In this document: positions 15,556-29,637 of the stretch, one piece after another
Position numbering within the stretch: the first letter of the stretch is position 1
How the letters are laid out: the number at the start of each line of letters is the position of its first letter
From: the human T2T-CHM13v2.0 reference genome, Homo sapiens
Reading direction: 5' to 3' (one strand)
NCBI RefSeq assembly: GCF_009914755.1
Contig: NC_060934.1
DNA: 64,000 nt
Made by a program: the position numbers and the translations under genes
The notes under the pieces: model-generated
What the model was told of the DNA's origin: nothing
Database searches by the model: none
Seen by the model: the letters and a program-made list of their open reading frames with translations, nothing else

Positions 15556-15910
<355 letters not shown>

Positions 15911-16368
15911 TAGTCCATTTGGAAAATATTGATTAGAATTTCCCATTTTCTAAAAAGTATTTTTCAATTAGTATTCCAATCACTGTTATTAACATCATCT
16001 CTATAAAATCAGTCAGTCTCTTTTAAGCTTTATGTCATGAGAGATGTCAGTTTGATTACTTAAAAAACAATTAAAATGAGTTGTAATTTTATATCAGACT
16101 TTGAGCCGTATATGGATTGATGAATGTTCTTAAGTCATCATAGTTTAAAATTCAACCAAACAGGTAATTATCATATACCATCAAATATAATTATAGGTGC
16201 TCATCTCCATAAAACCCTACAACTTAATATCACATATTAGCAGTTAATCATATAGTTTAAATGGGTCTATGATGCATTTTTATGAACTCTCTAATCTGCA
16301 TCAGTGAAGAATACATACAGCACATGAGAAAAAAGGTAAATGAATGCTCAAGTGAAAAAGGATGTATT

Positions 16369-16709
<341 letters not shown>

Positions 16710-17450
16710 CTAATTCAGGAGACTTGACTATGAGTTTAGAATCAGATCAACGCAGCCCACTCTGGGAGGTGCCACCCAGAGAAATCACTCCCGTTATTAC
16801 ACTTGCCTCCAAGGACAGCCAGACCAATGGGCTATGTCCCCACCCCAAGTTCTCATTATTTTCCCTGCCAATGAACAACCTATTTAAAAGCAAATACACT
16901 ATGAGGATTTTTTGGGTTGGTGTCCATTGACTTAGCCCTGACAACACACTGACACCAAGCTTCATGACACAACCCTTTTATTCCCAGGAATTGTAAGTGG
17001 TTCCATCTGCAAATTCTTCAGAAGAGTTCTTGTGTATTGATATTACCTCCTGTGGTCTTGTGTCACCTCTATTGTGTGAAGTGCTGATGGCGGCTTGTCA
17101 AGTGACTATACTTCTTCACCTCTTCTTCTATTCAGTGTGAAGGCTATTCTTGTCTTACAATTTTTAATTGTTTAAAAGAAGGTTTGATATATAAAAACAA
17201 GAAAAGGAGCAGCTTTGAGAGTTAAAAAAGCCGAGGCTGAAATGATGCATTACAAAGTATATAGATTCTGTACTCCAGATAAGATGGGGTTTAGAGGGAG
17301 TGGTAGAAACATTTGCTCCTTAATGGCAAAGGTAATAAACTCCTGCTCTCACTGCAAGAATTGACCATGAGATGGGGTCAGGAATCTTCAGGGGAGCAGA
17401 CAGTGGTGTGGCCCTTGTCTAGGTCTCCATTTATACCTGAAGATGGAGCG

Positions 17451-17573
17451 GAATACGCACTCCAGATGCCTGGAACACCATTGCATGGGAGTGTGGGTCA
17501 CGGATCCGAGGGATACACACTCTAGATGACTGGAAGTCAATAGCCTGGGAAGCGCAGGTCACACCCCGAGGGA
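17451..17573. repeat. Diverged 60-bp tandem duplication (2 copies)
   Basis: atacgcactccagatgcctggaa...gggtcacggatccgaggga versus atacacactctagatgactggaa...aggtcacaccccgaggga. Confidence 0.8.
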
Positions 17574-18329
17574 AAGGGCTTCAGGATGAACATCTGCAGA
17601 AGGCGTGGACAAGGATGGGAGGCAACAGGGTCACTGGGCTTTCCAGGACTCAGAGAATCAAAAGGCTTCCAGGTCATTTCTGGTAGAGCTGTTGGTGGTT
17701 ACAGGAAGCAATTTGGATCCCAGACTCCTGGAGATGAACAGCTTTACGGTGAGCTCAGCTCTGAGTGTGGAAGCACTGCCATCCCAGGGGCTTCTGTCGC
17801 AGAAGAAACGGAAATCTGGCAAAAGGATGGCCAGGCTGGCCAGAAACCACTGGTCTAGATAGAAAAGGAATATGCTACTGTTGCCAGCCAAGGCTTTGTT
17901 TGTTTTGGGGAAAAAATATTGCTCTGAGTGAAATATCTATTTCTGGCATCTATTAACAATTGGTTATGGTTCCTTGTTTTAATTATATCATTACATTTTT
18001 AAAATGAAGGATTTAATTTGCTTTTGCTCCTATTTGTTGCTGATGTCGCTCAGTTCTCCAAATGGCTGCTGTCTTCCTCTAGTACTTAGTCTGCCATCTA
18101 GAAGCAAATTAAAGACACCCAAGAAACTTCAGTTATTGTATTGGTAACTATAAAATAATGATTAACAAACAGAAGGACAGGAAGCGGGAGAAGGCAGTCA
18201 AGTAGGAAGTAGAAAATCTAACACTGAGAGAGCACCCCCCAACATAGGGACTGTGTGGAGGTTTTACCCAAATGATGCTTCATTTAATTTTCACCAAAAG
18301 AAAGTGAGGTCCTTCCCCATCTGAGGGAC

Positions 18330-18855
18330 AGGCCTCTGACACCCATCTCCGTAGCAGTCATCCCACAGGTTGGCCATGGCTGAGTAGGTCAGGGACAGAC
18401 ACCTTCTCGAAGCTGGGCTATCGTCCTCTCACTCTTTGATTTGGAATTCAGTCTTTATCATTGAAGGGTTAGAACTGTAATAGACAAACAATTGGGAATT
18501 AAGAGGCTGCCAGATCCTGTTATATGGAGTAACAAAATAGGACATTAGATGGATAGATGGAGAGAGACAGAAAGAGAGATGGATAGATGGATGGATTGAG
18601 AGATGATAGATAACAGATAGAGGACAGGAAAGAGGAGAGAAAGAAAGAAAGGGCACGAGAAAAAGAAAAAGAGAGAGAGCCACGTACAGAGAGAAATGTG
18701 CATGGGAAGCAGAGCCCCGGTTCCAGTTTCTTCCTGTAGTTCCCCTGCATTCCTATTCCTTGGTTCCATGAGACACCCCAAGTCCTTACAACAAACTCTC
18801 ATTCTAAGCTAAAAGTTTGTTTCTGTTGCCTGCACACAAAGACTCCTAACTAATA
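18330..18855 (+). mobile_element. Old ERVL LTR (LTR16/LTR33-like) containing a (GATG)/(GATA)/GA-rich tract at 18546-18680
   Basis: 3-prime terminus gtttctgttgcctgcacacaaagactcctaactaata is typical of this group. Confidence 0.55.
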
Positions 18856-19308
18856 AAACAGTGAACAAAATGACTGATATCTGTAATAGGGTAACCTGAT
18901 AACACTTTTAAGATTGATTAGATTGAGACCAAACAGAAGGGAAAACACCTAGGCACCGTGAAGACCTATACAGTCATTAACATTCTCCTGACTTAGAACC
19001 TGTGATAATTAGGGAGTGACCTGCAGCAGTTTCCTTCACTCTGTGAGCCATGCATGCAAATGAGGGGTGCAGGAGAGGAATGCAGACCTGGGGCCCACCC
19101 GCATTCAAGTGCAATTGATGGGGCCATTGCAGGTCACCCTGATCTGCCCAGTGCCCCTAGCTGCTGCTGGTAGACTTGTAGGATCCTATAATTTAGGCTT
19201 CTCATTAATTCAGATGAACCGTGACTTTGGTGTGCCCTTCTCCATTCCAGTTATGTGGAAGAAATTTCATCTCTTGGTCTTTTATGCATTTTAAGATTTG
19301 ATAGCAAC

Positions 19309-19662
<354 letters not shown>

Positions 19663-19729
19663 TTAAAAGACCATAGAATGCATGGTCCATAGTAAGCAAG
19701 TAAAAGTCTATTCACTGCCTATACAACAG

Positions 19730-20070
19730 CCACGTTTCTCTCCATTTCCCAGCCCACTGAGCCTTAGGTGAGGACATGTGACAATTTCTGGCCAATGTGC
19801 TGTGAATGCAAGTGACATGTGCTACTTGTGGGCTGAACCCAAGGGGAATTTTAAGATGAGTCTGGGTTTACTCTGCACATTTGACCCCTGTTTGACCAGT
19901 GTCTTCAAGGCCTTCTGCTCTGGAGGGTGGAACAAAACACTTGAGGGATGGAGCTGGGCCCTCCTCTGCATGTTGCAAAGGTAGAATGTGTGAAAAAAAG
20001 TCTTGATTCTGTTGAGCCTCTAGGGTTTAAGGATCATGTGATAGCACGGAATCATCTCTCGTATCAAGAA
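19730..20070 (+). mobile_element. Old MLT1 (J/K-like) MaLR LTR
   Basis: catttcccagccc...catgtgacaatttctggccaatg...gcaagtgacatgtgctactt. Confidence 0.65.
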
Positions 20071-22227
20071 ATAAACATACTATCTCGTGAGCTTGCAGTC
20101 TATCTACAAGACTGAGACAGGGCAAACATTTTCTTAAGAAACAAAAAGGTAAAATAACATCTACAAACCTTGCAGCTTTCTACAAATTCTCCTCCCTTGG
20201 AATTCTTTGCCTTCCTCCTTTCTCTATGTCCTTACACAACACGAAGGAGTGAACTGTCCTGTAACACACATTCATGATGAAGGCATGGGCTCCTAGAGAT
20301 CGGGGTTTCTCCCTGCCTTGGTCCATCCTGTTTGACCTGGGACAGTCTATGCAAATTATCTGCACTTCCAGATTCTCACCTGGGCATAGAGAGGAAGAAA
20401 GCTGCTGTCTCAGTGTTGGAAAATTAAGCAGAGGAGCACAGGGGCACCATGGTGCCTGAAATGTGCCATTGGTGTTAGCTATAATGAGATGATGAGTAAG
20501 CAGATCCGCTAACCCAAAATTGGCAAGCATGAGCCCCAGGCAATGGTGCAGGTGTGGAGTCAAATTTGCCCCCTAGGACATTCCTGTTACTGTTACTCAG
20601 GGACATTCGTGGATGGACAGAGTCTCAACAGGGGCTTTAGTTGTAGAACTTTTTGTGTTTGCCAGTGTGTATGCTTTTGACTCTTATTAGGGAAAGCTGG
20701 TGAAAGCAAGAGACTGTTTAATTATCTACTTTGTAATTCACTGTGGTACTAGCAGTGTCTTGCCTAAGGAAGGCTTTACATTTTCTTTAGGCAGCAAATG
20801 CAGAATTAGTTCGTAAGCAAAAGGTATTTTTTAAAAAATTCAATACAGGGTTTGTGATTTTCCTTCATGACTTGATATAATCCACCTGCTTGTCCCTTAA
20901 GAAGGGCAAGGTGAGAGAGCCAGCAGGTCTAACTGGCTTTGCCTGCCTCTCAATGAATATTATTTCTGGCTGTGCACAGAGAGGAATTTCAAGGTTTATG
21001 GGTGTGCTGAGAAAAATGGCAGAAATTTGCCTGCTGGGAAGCAAGAACTCAACAAGGCCCTAGATGTCCTAGGGCAGGCAGTGCAGCTGAAGTCCGGGGG
21101 CGAGGAAAGGCTTGAGTCTTGCTGATAAACCAGCTCCTCGTGTTTTAGTGGGCGAGGTCTGCTCATTTGTAAGAAGAGAGTGGCTGGACTTGTTGCTAAA
21201 ATAAAGGCTATCACTATCCAAAAAAACCTTCTTTTTTTCGCTCCTGAAACTAGAAGAGTGATGGGGCATGACATTTTTTCAGCTGGTCAAAGGGTTATGT
21301 GGGTGAGTTACAGTCAAAGTGTATGCAAAACAGGTGTCAACATGAAGTGAGCTAGAAGTTCAGGCCCTTACTTCCAATTAGTTTATAATTGCAGAACAAT
21401 TTAAAGCAGTGTATTCCTTAACTTCCAAAAGCCACTGAAATCAGTGGTGAAAATGTGTGTCCATCACTGAGTTGGTAGCAGAGAAACTGAGGAAAAGTAA
21501 AACCAGGGTGGAAGCTGTCCTTCTCCTCTTCGGTGCCCAGAATCAGAACTCTCCATTATCTGAAATTGGCTTCATTTGTTGAGGAAGCCACTACTCCATT
21601 TCTAGATAATCCTAGAGGTCTTTTATTTTTATTTATTTCAGTTATTAATTATGATTATTATTGATGAAAGATTATGCTTCTCTTTTCAATTTTGCACTCT
21701 AGATTTCTATACCTTTTTTCTTTTTTAAATCTTTTTTCTCTTCTTGGACCTCTTTTTCTTCTGTATAGCTGTTCTTTCTGGTGTATTTCTTCAACATAAG
21801 TTCCAAACATTCTCTTATCTGTTTTATATCATGTTTTTAATTCCTAAGTGCTATTTTTTGGTCTCTGGATATTTCATTTGTATGTAATATAATGCCCATA
21901 TTCTTGCTTCACAGATGCAATACTTTTTTTATCCCCAAGTATATTAATAATTTTCCTTTGCTTATACTCTTGAAATTTTCTTCTCCTTGCATAATCCTAT
22001 TTCTTTCAAGTGATTTTCCTTTGCTATTGTTTGCAATTTTGTTTTTGTTTTGGATTCAGTTACTTTCATGTTAGAGTCTTTTCTCAGTTATTAGGTGATT
22101 CCTTGTTTTCTGACCATAATTAAATAAATAATTAGCTAAATATTTCCTCACATCCAGGCTTGGATTCTGTTTCTCTGGGTCAGTAGTTACTGTCATACAT
22201 CTGCTTTGCAGCTTTTAAAAGTGTACT

Positions 22228-22771
22228 GACAGAATTAGAAAAAAAAATCTTAAAATTCATATGCACTCAAAAAAGAGGCTGAATAGCCAAAGCAACCCTA
22301 AGCAAAAAGACCAAAGCTGGAGACATTATATGACCTGACTTTAAATTATACTACAAGGCTATAGTAACTAAAACAGTGTGGCACTGTTATAAAAATAGAC
22401 ACATGGATCAGTGAAACAGAACAGAGAAGCAAGAATGAAGCCACATACCCAACTGATCTTCAACAAAGTCAACAAAAATGTACATTGGGGAAATGACATC
22501 CTATTCAATAAATGGTGTAGGGAAAATTAGATAGCCACATGCAGATGAATGAAAGTAGACTCAGACCTCCCATCATATACATAAATTAACTCAAGATAAA
22601 TTAAAGACTTAAATATCAGTCCTCAAACTACAAAAGTCCCAGGAGACAACCCAGAAAAAACTATTCTGAACATTGGCCTAGGCAAAGAATTTATGACCAT
22701 GTCTTCAAAAGCAAATACAACAAAACAAAAATAGACAAATAGGACTTAATTAAACTAACCACAGCAAAATA

Positions 22772-22802
<31 letters not shown>

Positions 22803-23983
22803 TCAATAGCTAAAACGTAAACCTGCAAAATGAAGAAACATATTTGCAAACTAAACATCCAACAAAGGTCTAATCTAATCTCCAGAATTTACAAGGAACT
22901 CAACTCCACAAGAAAAAAAGCAAATAACCTAATTAAAAATTGGGCAAAGAATATGAACAGACATTTTTCAAAAGAAGGCATTCATGTAATCAATAAACCT
23001 ATGAAAAAAAGCTCAACATCACTAATCATCAGAGAAATTCATATTAAAACCAAAAATGTGACACCATCTTACACCAGTTATAAGGGCTATTCTTAAAAAT
23101 TTCTAAAACCAATGTTGGCAAGAATGTGGAGCAAACAAACCCTTATACACCATTGGTGGGAATGTAAATTAGAATAACCTCTAAGGGAAACAGCATGGAG
23201 ATTTCTCAAAGAATTAAAAGTAGAACTACATTCATTCCAGCGACTTTACTCCTGGGTATCTACCAAAGGGAAAGAAATCGTTATATCAAAAAGAGAGCTG
23301 CCCTCATGTGTTTATTGCAGCACTATTCACAATAGCAAAGATAGGAAATTGACTTAACTGTCCACCATTGGATAACTGGATAAAGAAAATGTGGTGTATA
23401 TATACCATGGAATACTACTCAGCCATGAAAAGAATGAAATTGTCTTTTGTAGCAACAGGGATGGAACTGGAGGCCATTGTCCTAGGTGAAATAACTTAGA
23501 AATAAAGTCAAATACTACATGTTCTCACACTTAAGTGGGAGCTAAACAGTGGGTACACATGCACCTACAGGGTGGAATAATAGACACTGGAGACTCCAAA
23601 ATGTAGAAGGCTTCGGGAGTGTGAGTTGAAAAATTACCTACTGAGTACAACATACACTATTCGGGTGATGGGTACAATGAAAGCCCAGGCTTCACTGCCG
23701 TGCAGTGAAAAATGTCTGTTCATGTCCTTTGCCCAATTTTTAATCAGGTTATTTGCTTTTTTTCTTGTAGAGTTGAGTTACTTGTAGATTCTAGAGATTA
23801 GATTGGACCTTTGTTGGATGCATAGCTTCCAAATATGTTTCTCTATTCTTCAGATTTATGTTTTCTCTAAAACTGCAGGTTCATGTTTTCTCTGTGGGTT
23901 TATGTTTTGCACAACCACCATGTTTTCTTTTTAAGATTTTTTTTGAAGAAATCTGCACTTGTACCCCTTAAATCTATAAAAAT
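22228..23983 (+). mobile_element. L1PB-type 3-prime portion (end of ORF2 plus 3-prime UTR), interrupted at 23706-23950
   Basis: atagccaaagcaaccctaagcaaaaag...ggtgatgggtac...ctgcacttgtacccctta. The remnant ORF 22830-23096 (ISRIYKEL...NRHFSKE) is L1 ORF2. (AAT)n at 22777-22803. Confidence 0.92.
23706..23864 (-). repeat. Inverted copy of 22812-22970 from the same L1
   Basis: Ungapped 159-bp reverse-complement match, about 141/159 by hand count. Confidence 0.9.
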
Positions 23984-24622
23984 TTCACCATGTTTTTGAA
24001 GTGTGCCAATGTTTTTACCTTACGAATTTTTTTTTAAGTGTGATGATGTTTTTACCTTTTGCGTTATCCCTTTCATTACAGGTTTGTGTCTTCAACAAAA
24101 TCCCTTCATAATTGTTTCTTTTGCTTCAGACGAGAGAAAAAGTCGACACCTGCTTTCCTTCTGCCATCGTCGCTGGGAAGTGTCCTCTTGTCCATCTCCT
24201 GTCCAGAGGCGCCTTCCTGCTGTGCCCCCCGGAATATGGCTCTTTCTGATTTTACCAGCCCTTTTCACATCACTGCACCCAGGGGAAACGTCCTCTCCCC
24301 AGCCTCCTAAAGTGTGGCCATGCTATCTCCTTCCTGAGACACTTTCCTCTGGAGATTGCCCTGCTGTGATAGCCTAGTCATTGCCATCCCGGACACTCAT
24401 GGTACCCTGTACCCGAACCAAATCAGAGCACTTTGACACAAGGCAGCCTCCAGGCAGGGGTCACCCTGGGATTGTAAGATCCATGTCACTCCAACAGAGC
24501 CTCTTCCTTCCCTCTCACTGGTTTCTGCCAACAGAGGGCGGCCAGGCACCACGCCCATATGCCTTGAATCTGAGCTAACCACCATGTAGGATCTAAGAAA
24601 AATATGCTTACCAGATGATGTT

Positions 24623-24950
24623 GGCCAGGCGCAGTGGCTCACGCCTGTAGTCCCAGCATTTTGGGAGGCCAAAGCCGGCGATCACTTGAGGTCAGGAGTT
24701 GGAGACCAGCCTGGCCAACATGGTGAAACCCTCCGTCTACTAAAAAAAAAAAGTGCCGCTTCAAAAAAAAAAAAAAAAAGCCAGGCATAGTGGCATGCTC
24801 CTGTAATCCCAGTTGCTGGGGAGGCTGAGGTGGGAGAGTGGCTGGAACCTCGGAGGCGGAGGTTGCGGTGAGCTGAGATCGCACCAGTGCACTCCAGTCT
24901 GGGTGACAGAGCGAGACCATCTCAAAACAAAACAAAAAAAAAAAAAAAAG
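24623..24950 (+). mobile_element. Alu (S/J) with aberrant linker
   Basis: Alu body whose linker reads A11-gtgccgcttc-A17; TSD agatgatg. Confidence 0.92.
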
Positions 24951-26511
24951 AAGGAGAGATGATGCTGCATGCCTGGTATTGCGATCTCAAAAGAGTGATC
25001 ATTCTACATACATTCTTAGCAAAACCTTCTGTTTTTTGCAAACCTCAATAAATTATTGTATGTGCGTCATAAACTGCTGTAGAATTTTGTCCAGGCTCAA
25101 CACCAGAATTTCTCCGTGAAAATCAGGAAAACAGCCAGTCTGTGGCACTTCTTCCTTTCCCAAAGAATCGTCAGTTTCCTGCACACGTGGAGGTTCCCGA
25201 GGCAGCACAGGGCCTTGTGTTTCTGGAAACATTGACGTGCAAGCCCTGATCCAGCCCATGTGAACAGGTTAACCTCACCTCTCCCAATTGGGGAGGTTAT
25301 TCTCTCTGGTGAAGAAGATTTAAAAACCGTGGAACAGAGCAATTTTGTTTTCTGTCTGCCCCATGTCACCTTCACGCCTTGCCCAAAATGATTTTGTCAA
25401 AAACCCAGTGAAAACAACAAGTATGTTTTGTTGTGTTTGTGTGTGTGCTGTTAAACTTTCTGACAGGCTTCACGTATTCTGCACTTAAACTTTCTAGAAA
25501 ATGTTCCTACAAGTCCATGTGCCTTTGAATATGTCCATGGTTAGATTGAATTTATGGAAACCCCGCTTACATACACTGGTATTTTAAAATATATCTCCCC
25601 ATCCATTCTCTCTCATTTTCGGTTTTTTATATTTTGGATTGTTTTAAGCCTTGTTATTTATAAACTCGTGAGTTAATCTTTCCATTTTTAAGGTGGTAGA
25701 ACCACTTTCATAGAGAATAATTGCATCATGACAGAAGTTGCTGCTTGCTCAGAAGTGACAGAGCATGAATTTAAAGTTAGGCCTGTCTGACTCCAGAGCT
25801 GGCATGTGTAGACGCTGACAACAAAGTGCAGACACATGTGTCCTGTCCCTGTCTTGGTGTGGCTTGGACATTGGGATTATAGCGGGCTGTCAAGGTTGAG
25901 AACCACTGGCCTGGAGCAGCTCAGGCCACCTGACAGCTGAGGGTTGGAGGAGGACATCCAAGATTATTCCACAGACCTCCATGTGGGCCTGAGTTGCAAC
26001 CTTACACCCATAGAAGGTAGGACAGGGAGATGAGGGACCCCAGCCTTGAGAGGAATGAGTGACAACAGCTTCAGCTGGCCCCTGCTCAGCTTCTTCTGTT
26101 ACCATAGACATGACTTGGGTTTAGAAATAAGTGTCCCCTCAGACTCGAGTTCAGCAGATGGTGTGAGGGAGACAGAGAAATGTGGAATAAGAAGGGGAAC
26201 AGACAGTGGCCAGGGCTTCAGGCTGCTGCTGGGCCCTAGAACACCAAGTTCGGGTTGTTATTTTGGTGATTCAGAAGCAGAAGTTTCAAAGAGGGAAAGT
26301 TAAACCAGTGTGCAGCCAATCAGGATGCTATTCAAAGAACACTTGGTAAACAGCAGTGTCTAGGTTTTCATTGTTCTTCCTCCCACTTGTTTTTAGAAGC
26401 TGCAAGACCACACAAATTCTGGGTGGACCAAAGAATTCTTATCCTCAAAGGGAGAGAGAACATTATTGGCTTTGCCAGTTCTTTAGTGCACAGATCAAAG
26501 ACTCCAAGGAC

Positions 26512-26878
<367 letters not shown>

Positions 26879-27048
26879 TTAAAGTGAATGGGGAACTGAA
26901 ATTTTTTTAAAAAAAGAAACTTAAAAAAGATGAATCATGAATTTTTTGTTAAAAATATTTTGATGAAGAAGCCAAACTGGATGAAAAAAAAATAACTGTG
27001 TCCTTGACAGTCTAGAAGAAGGTGGCATGAAATGGCCTGCCTGTCTTT

Positions 27049-27510
27049 GTGTGCATGTGGCTAAGTGCAATACTTGTGTGTACATGTGTGCATTAGTGTG
27101 TGCATGTGGCTATGTGCAATACTTGTGTGTACATGTGTGCATGAGTGTGTGCATGTGGCTATGTGCAATACTTGTGTGTACATGTGTGCATGAGTGTGTG
27201 CATGTGGCTATGTGCAATTCTTGTGTGTACATGTGTGCATGAGTGTGTGCAAGTGCATATGTGCACATACTTGTGAGTATATGTGTGTACATGTGTAAGT
27301 GCACATATTTGTGAGTATATGTGTGGATGTGTGTGTATGTGCATATGTGTATGTGCATATATTTGTGTATATATGTGGATGTGTGAGCATGTGCATATGT
27401 GCACATACTTGTGTGTATATGTGTGTACACAAGTGTATGTGCACATATTTGTGTGTATAGGTGCACATGTGCGTGTACATGTGTATGTACACGCACATGT
27501 GTGTATATAC
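27049..27510. repeat. 49-bp minisatellite (about 4 copies, 27049-27250) grading into a degenerate TG/CA/TA tract
   Basis: ggcta recurs at 27059, 27108, 27157 and 27206 (period 49). Confidence 0.95.
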
Positions 27511-29637
27511 CTGGAACCAACTGAGCCTGCTGTGACATGTCATCTCTCCAAGAACCACATGCCCAGTGTCCAAAGTCACCCCCACTTAGTCTGGGACAGG
27601 GCGGTGCAGACCTACTGTGCTCCTCTAAGATGAAGCGTTCACCAGGTTGGAGAGAAAGCAAGCCAGAGTCAAGATGTTGGGGTCACCTTTCATCATTGTT
27701 GGCTAAATACAATTAATCCCCTTTTTAAACCTTCATAATGATTACATATTAATTGTATGGTCATGCTTGTCCCTGTATAAGTATGTTGTTTTCTTTTGGG
27801 GGAGAATTCGACCTGAATCTATGGATCTGTGGCCATATTATTTGACATTTTGTCATTTAACACTAAATGTCTCCAGGTTTACTGTAAAAACACTGTCCTG
27901 AGAGGTGAGACAGAGCTGCCTTCCAATAAGATCCCTTTTTAAAGCATCACCAGGAACCCTGCATTTTCCTTGGAAGACTCCATCCTGGAAGCCACTCTCT
28001 TTAAATACTGTCTAATCTTACTCCTCCCTTTCATGTGATAGAATGGATACAATATTTTATCCATGACAAGCCCAGAAGAGAAATTCCATTATCATTCTCT
28101 CCAGTAACACAGTATAACAGAAACTAATCTCAGTGGAGAAATATTCCTCCATTTCATGTGGACGGCTGAAACATTTGCTGCCAAAATTCCATGACAGCCA
28201 TTTGTTACTGACATGGAGAACATTTTCTTACAACAATCATAAAAGCGCTTTCCAAAAAACCCATAGGGCTTACGAATTGCTTTCAAATATGCAACTGATT
28301 TTTATAAAAATGAAAGAAAAATTAAAAATCTCTATGCATTGCTGATTTTGAAGTAAAGCATGCTTTTTCTTACGTTTTAAAAACATTAAAATAATATGTA
28401 TTTGATGATTATAATTAAAGTTGGATTTCACAGAAGATGAGTCCTATTTCACTAATGGAAATATGTGTAGATAGTTTGTTTTGAAAACAGGATTATCTGT
28501 TAAAGTTTAGAAAGAAGAAAATGAAATGTGGTATTCAGCAATATCTTACACAAATATAATATAAATGCCAGAAACCTTCAAAACACATTGCCAGTTTTAG
28601 CATTTTTATACGGAAGATGCTACTTGGGATGACATTACTTATGTTATAAAAATATTTTTGTATTATATGGAAGATAACACTCTATCATTGACTCATGTTT
28701 TCTGTGCAATGCACACAATGTCTTCTACATTGTACAATTTGAAGTGGAAATGCAGCCAATCTTGATTCAGAGTCATTCTGTGCCTTGTGTAAATTAGAAA
28801 ACAATTTAGAAGAAAAAGCAAAAAATTAATTTTATTCCAAATAAATAAAAAACAGGAAGACATTACATGACATTTATTGCCATTTGACAACAGAAAGGAG
28901 GGGGTGGACATTGGAAAGTGTATGTACTATTTTCCTGAAGGAATTTTGAATGTGTTTCAATTACATTTTATAAATTCAAAATTGCACTAATTGGTTGTAA
29001 ATGGAGAAGGTGAAAGAAAGCCTGGCATCGATATTATGCGCTCTTGCTGATCCCTCAAGTTTGTGCAAGTACCTGCTAATTCCTGAGTTAATTTCTGAAA
29101 CATTATCACTGACATTTCATGTTATATTTCATGTGGTATTTCATCACAGAAATTCTTACCAAGAGTTGCTGGCTCCTAGTTTAACACTGCCCACTCAGGC
29201 AACAAATTGGACTTAAGTATTAATAATACAAGGTCAGTGTCAGCAAAATCAGACAATGGATTTTTTTTTCTTGAGGTTTTATTCTTAACAATTTGTTAGC
29301 TATTTTCTTCTGTTATGCATTTTTAATCAAGCTTTCAGTGAATATATGTAATCATCCACATTTTATTAAAGTGCAATATTTTTCCTCCTAATTCATTTCT
29401 ATCAACTTCTCTTCTGGACATTTATCACAGATATAGCTATACTTACATCTATATCTATCTGTATTTTAAAAAAATTCCTTGTAGTACAATTTATATCAAA
29501 ATACTTTAAATGTTTTAAATAGTATATTTCTTATGTGTAATAATAATAGTAAAACTATAGTATATTCTATGGTCATTGCATTCAAATAAAATAATCTAAA
29601 AAATTAATGATGTTATACTATTAAGAAAGAAGAAGTA

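Noticed and set aside
22830-23096. ORF resembling L1 ORF2 (ISRIYKEL, NRHFSKE)
   Set aside because: Frameshifted remnant of a dead L1PB.
27027-27661. His/Thr-rich and Cys/Val-rich ORFs up to 183 aa
   Set aside because: Read-through of TG/CA repeats, which lack stop codons.
28092-28286. 64-aa minus-strand ORF as a possible processed pseudogene
   Set aside because: Non-ATG start, no recognisable protein similarity, no poly(A) or TSD.
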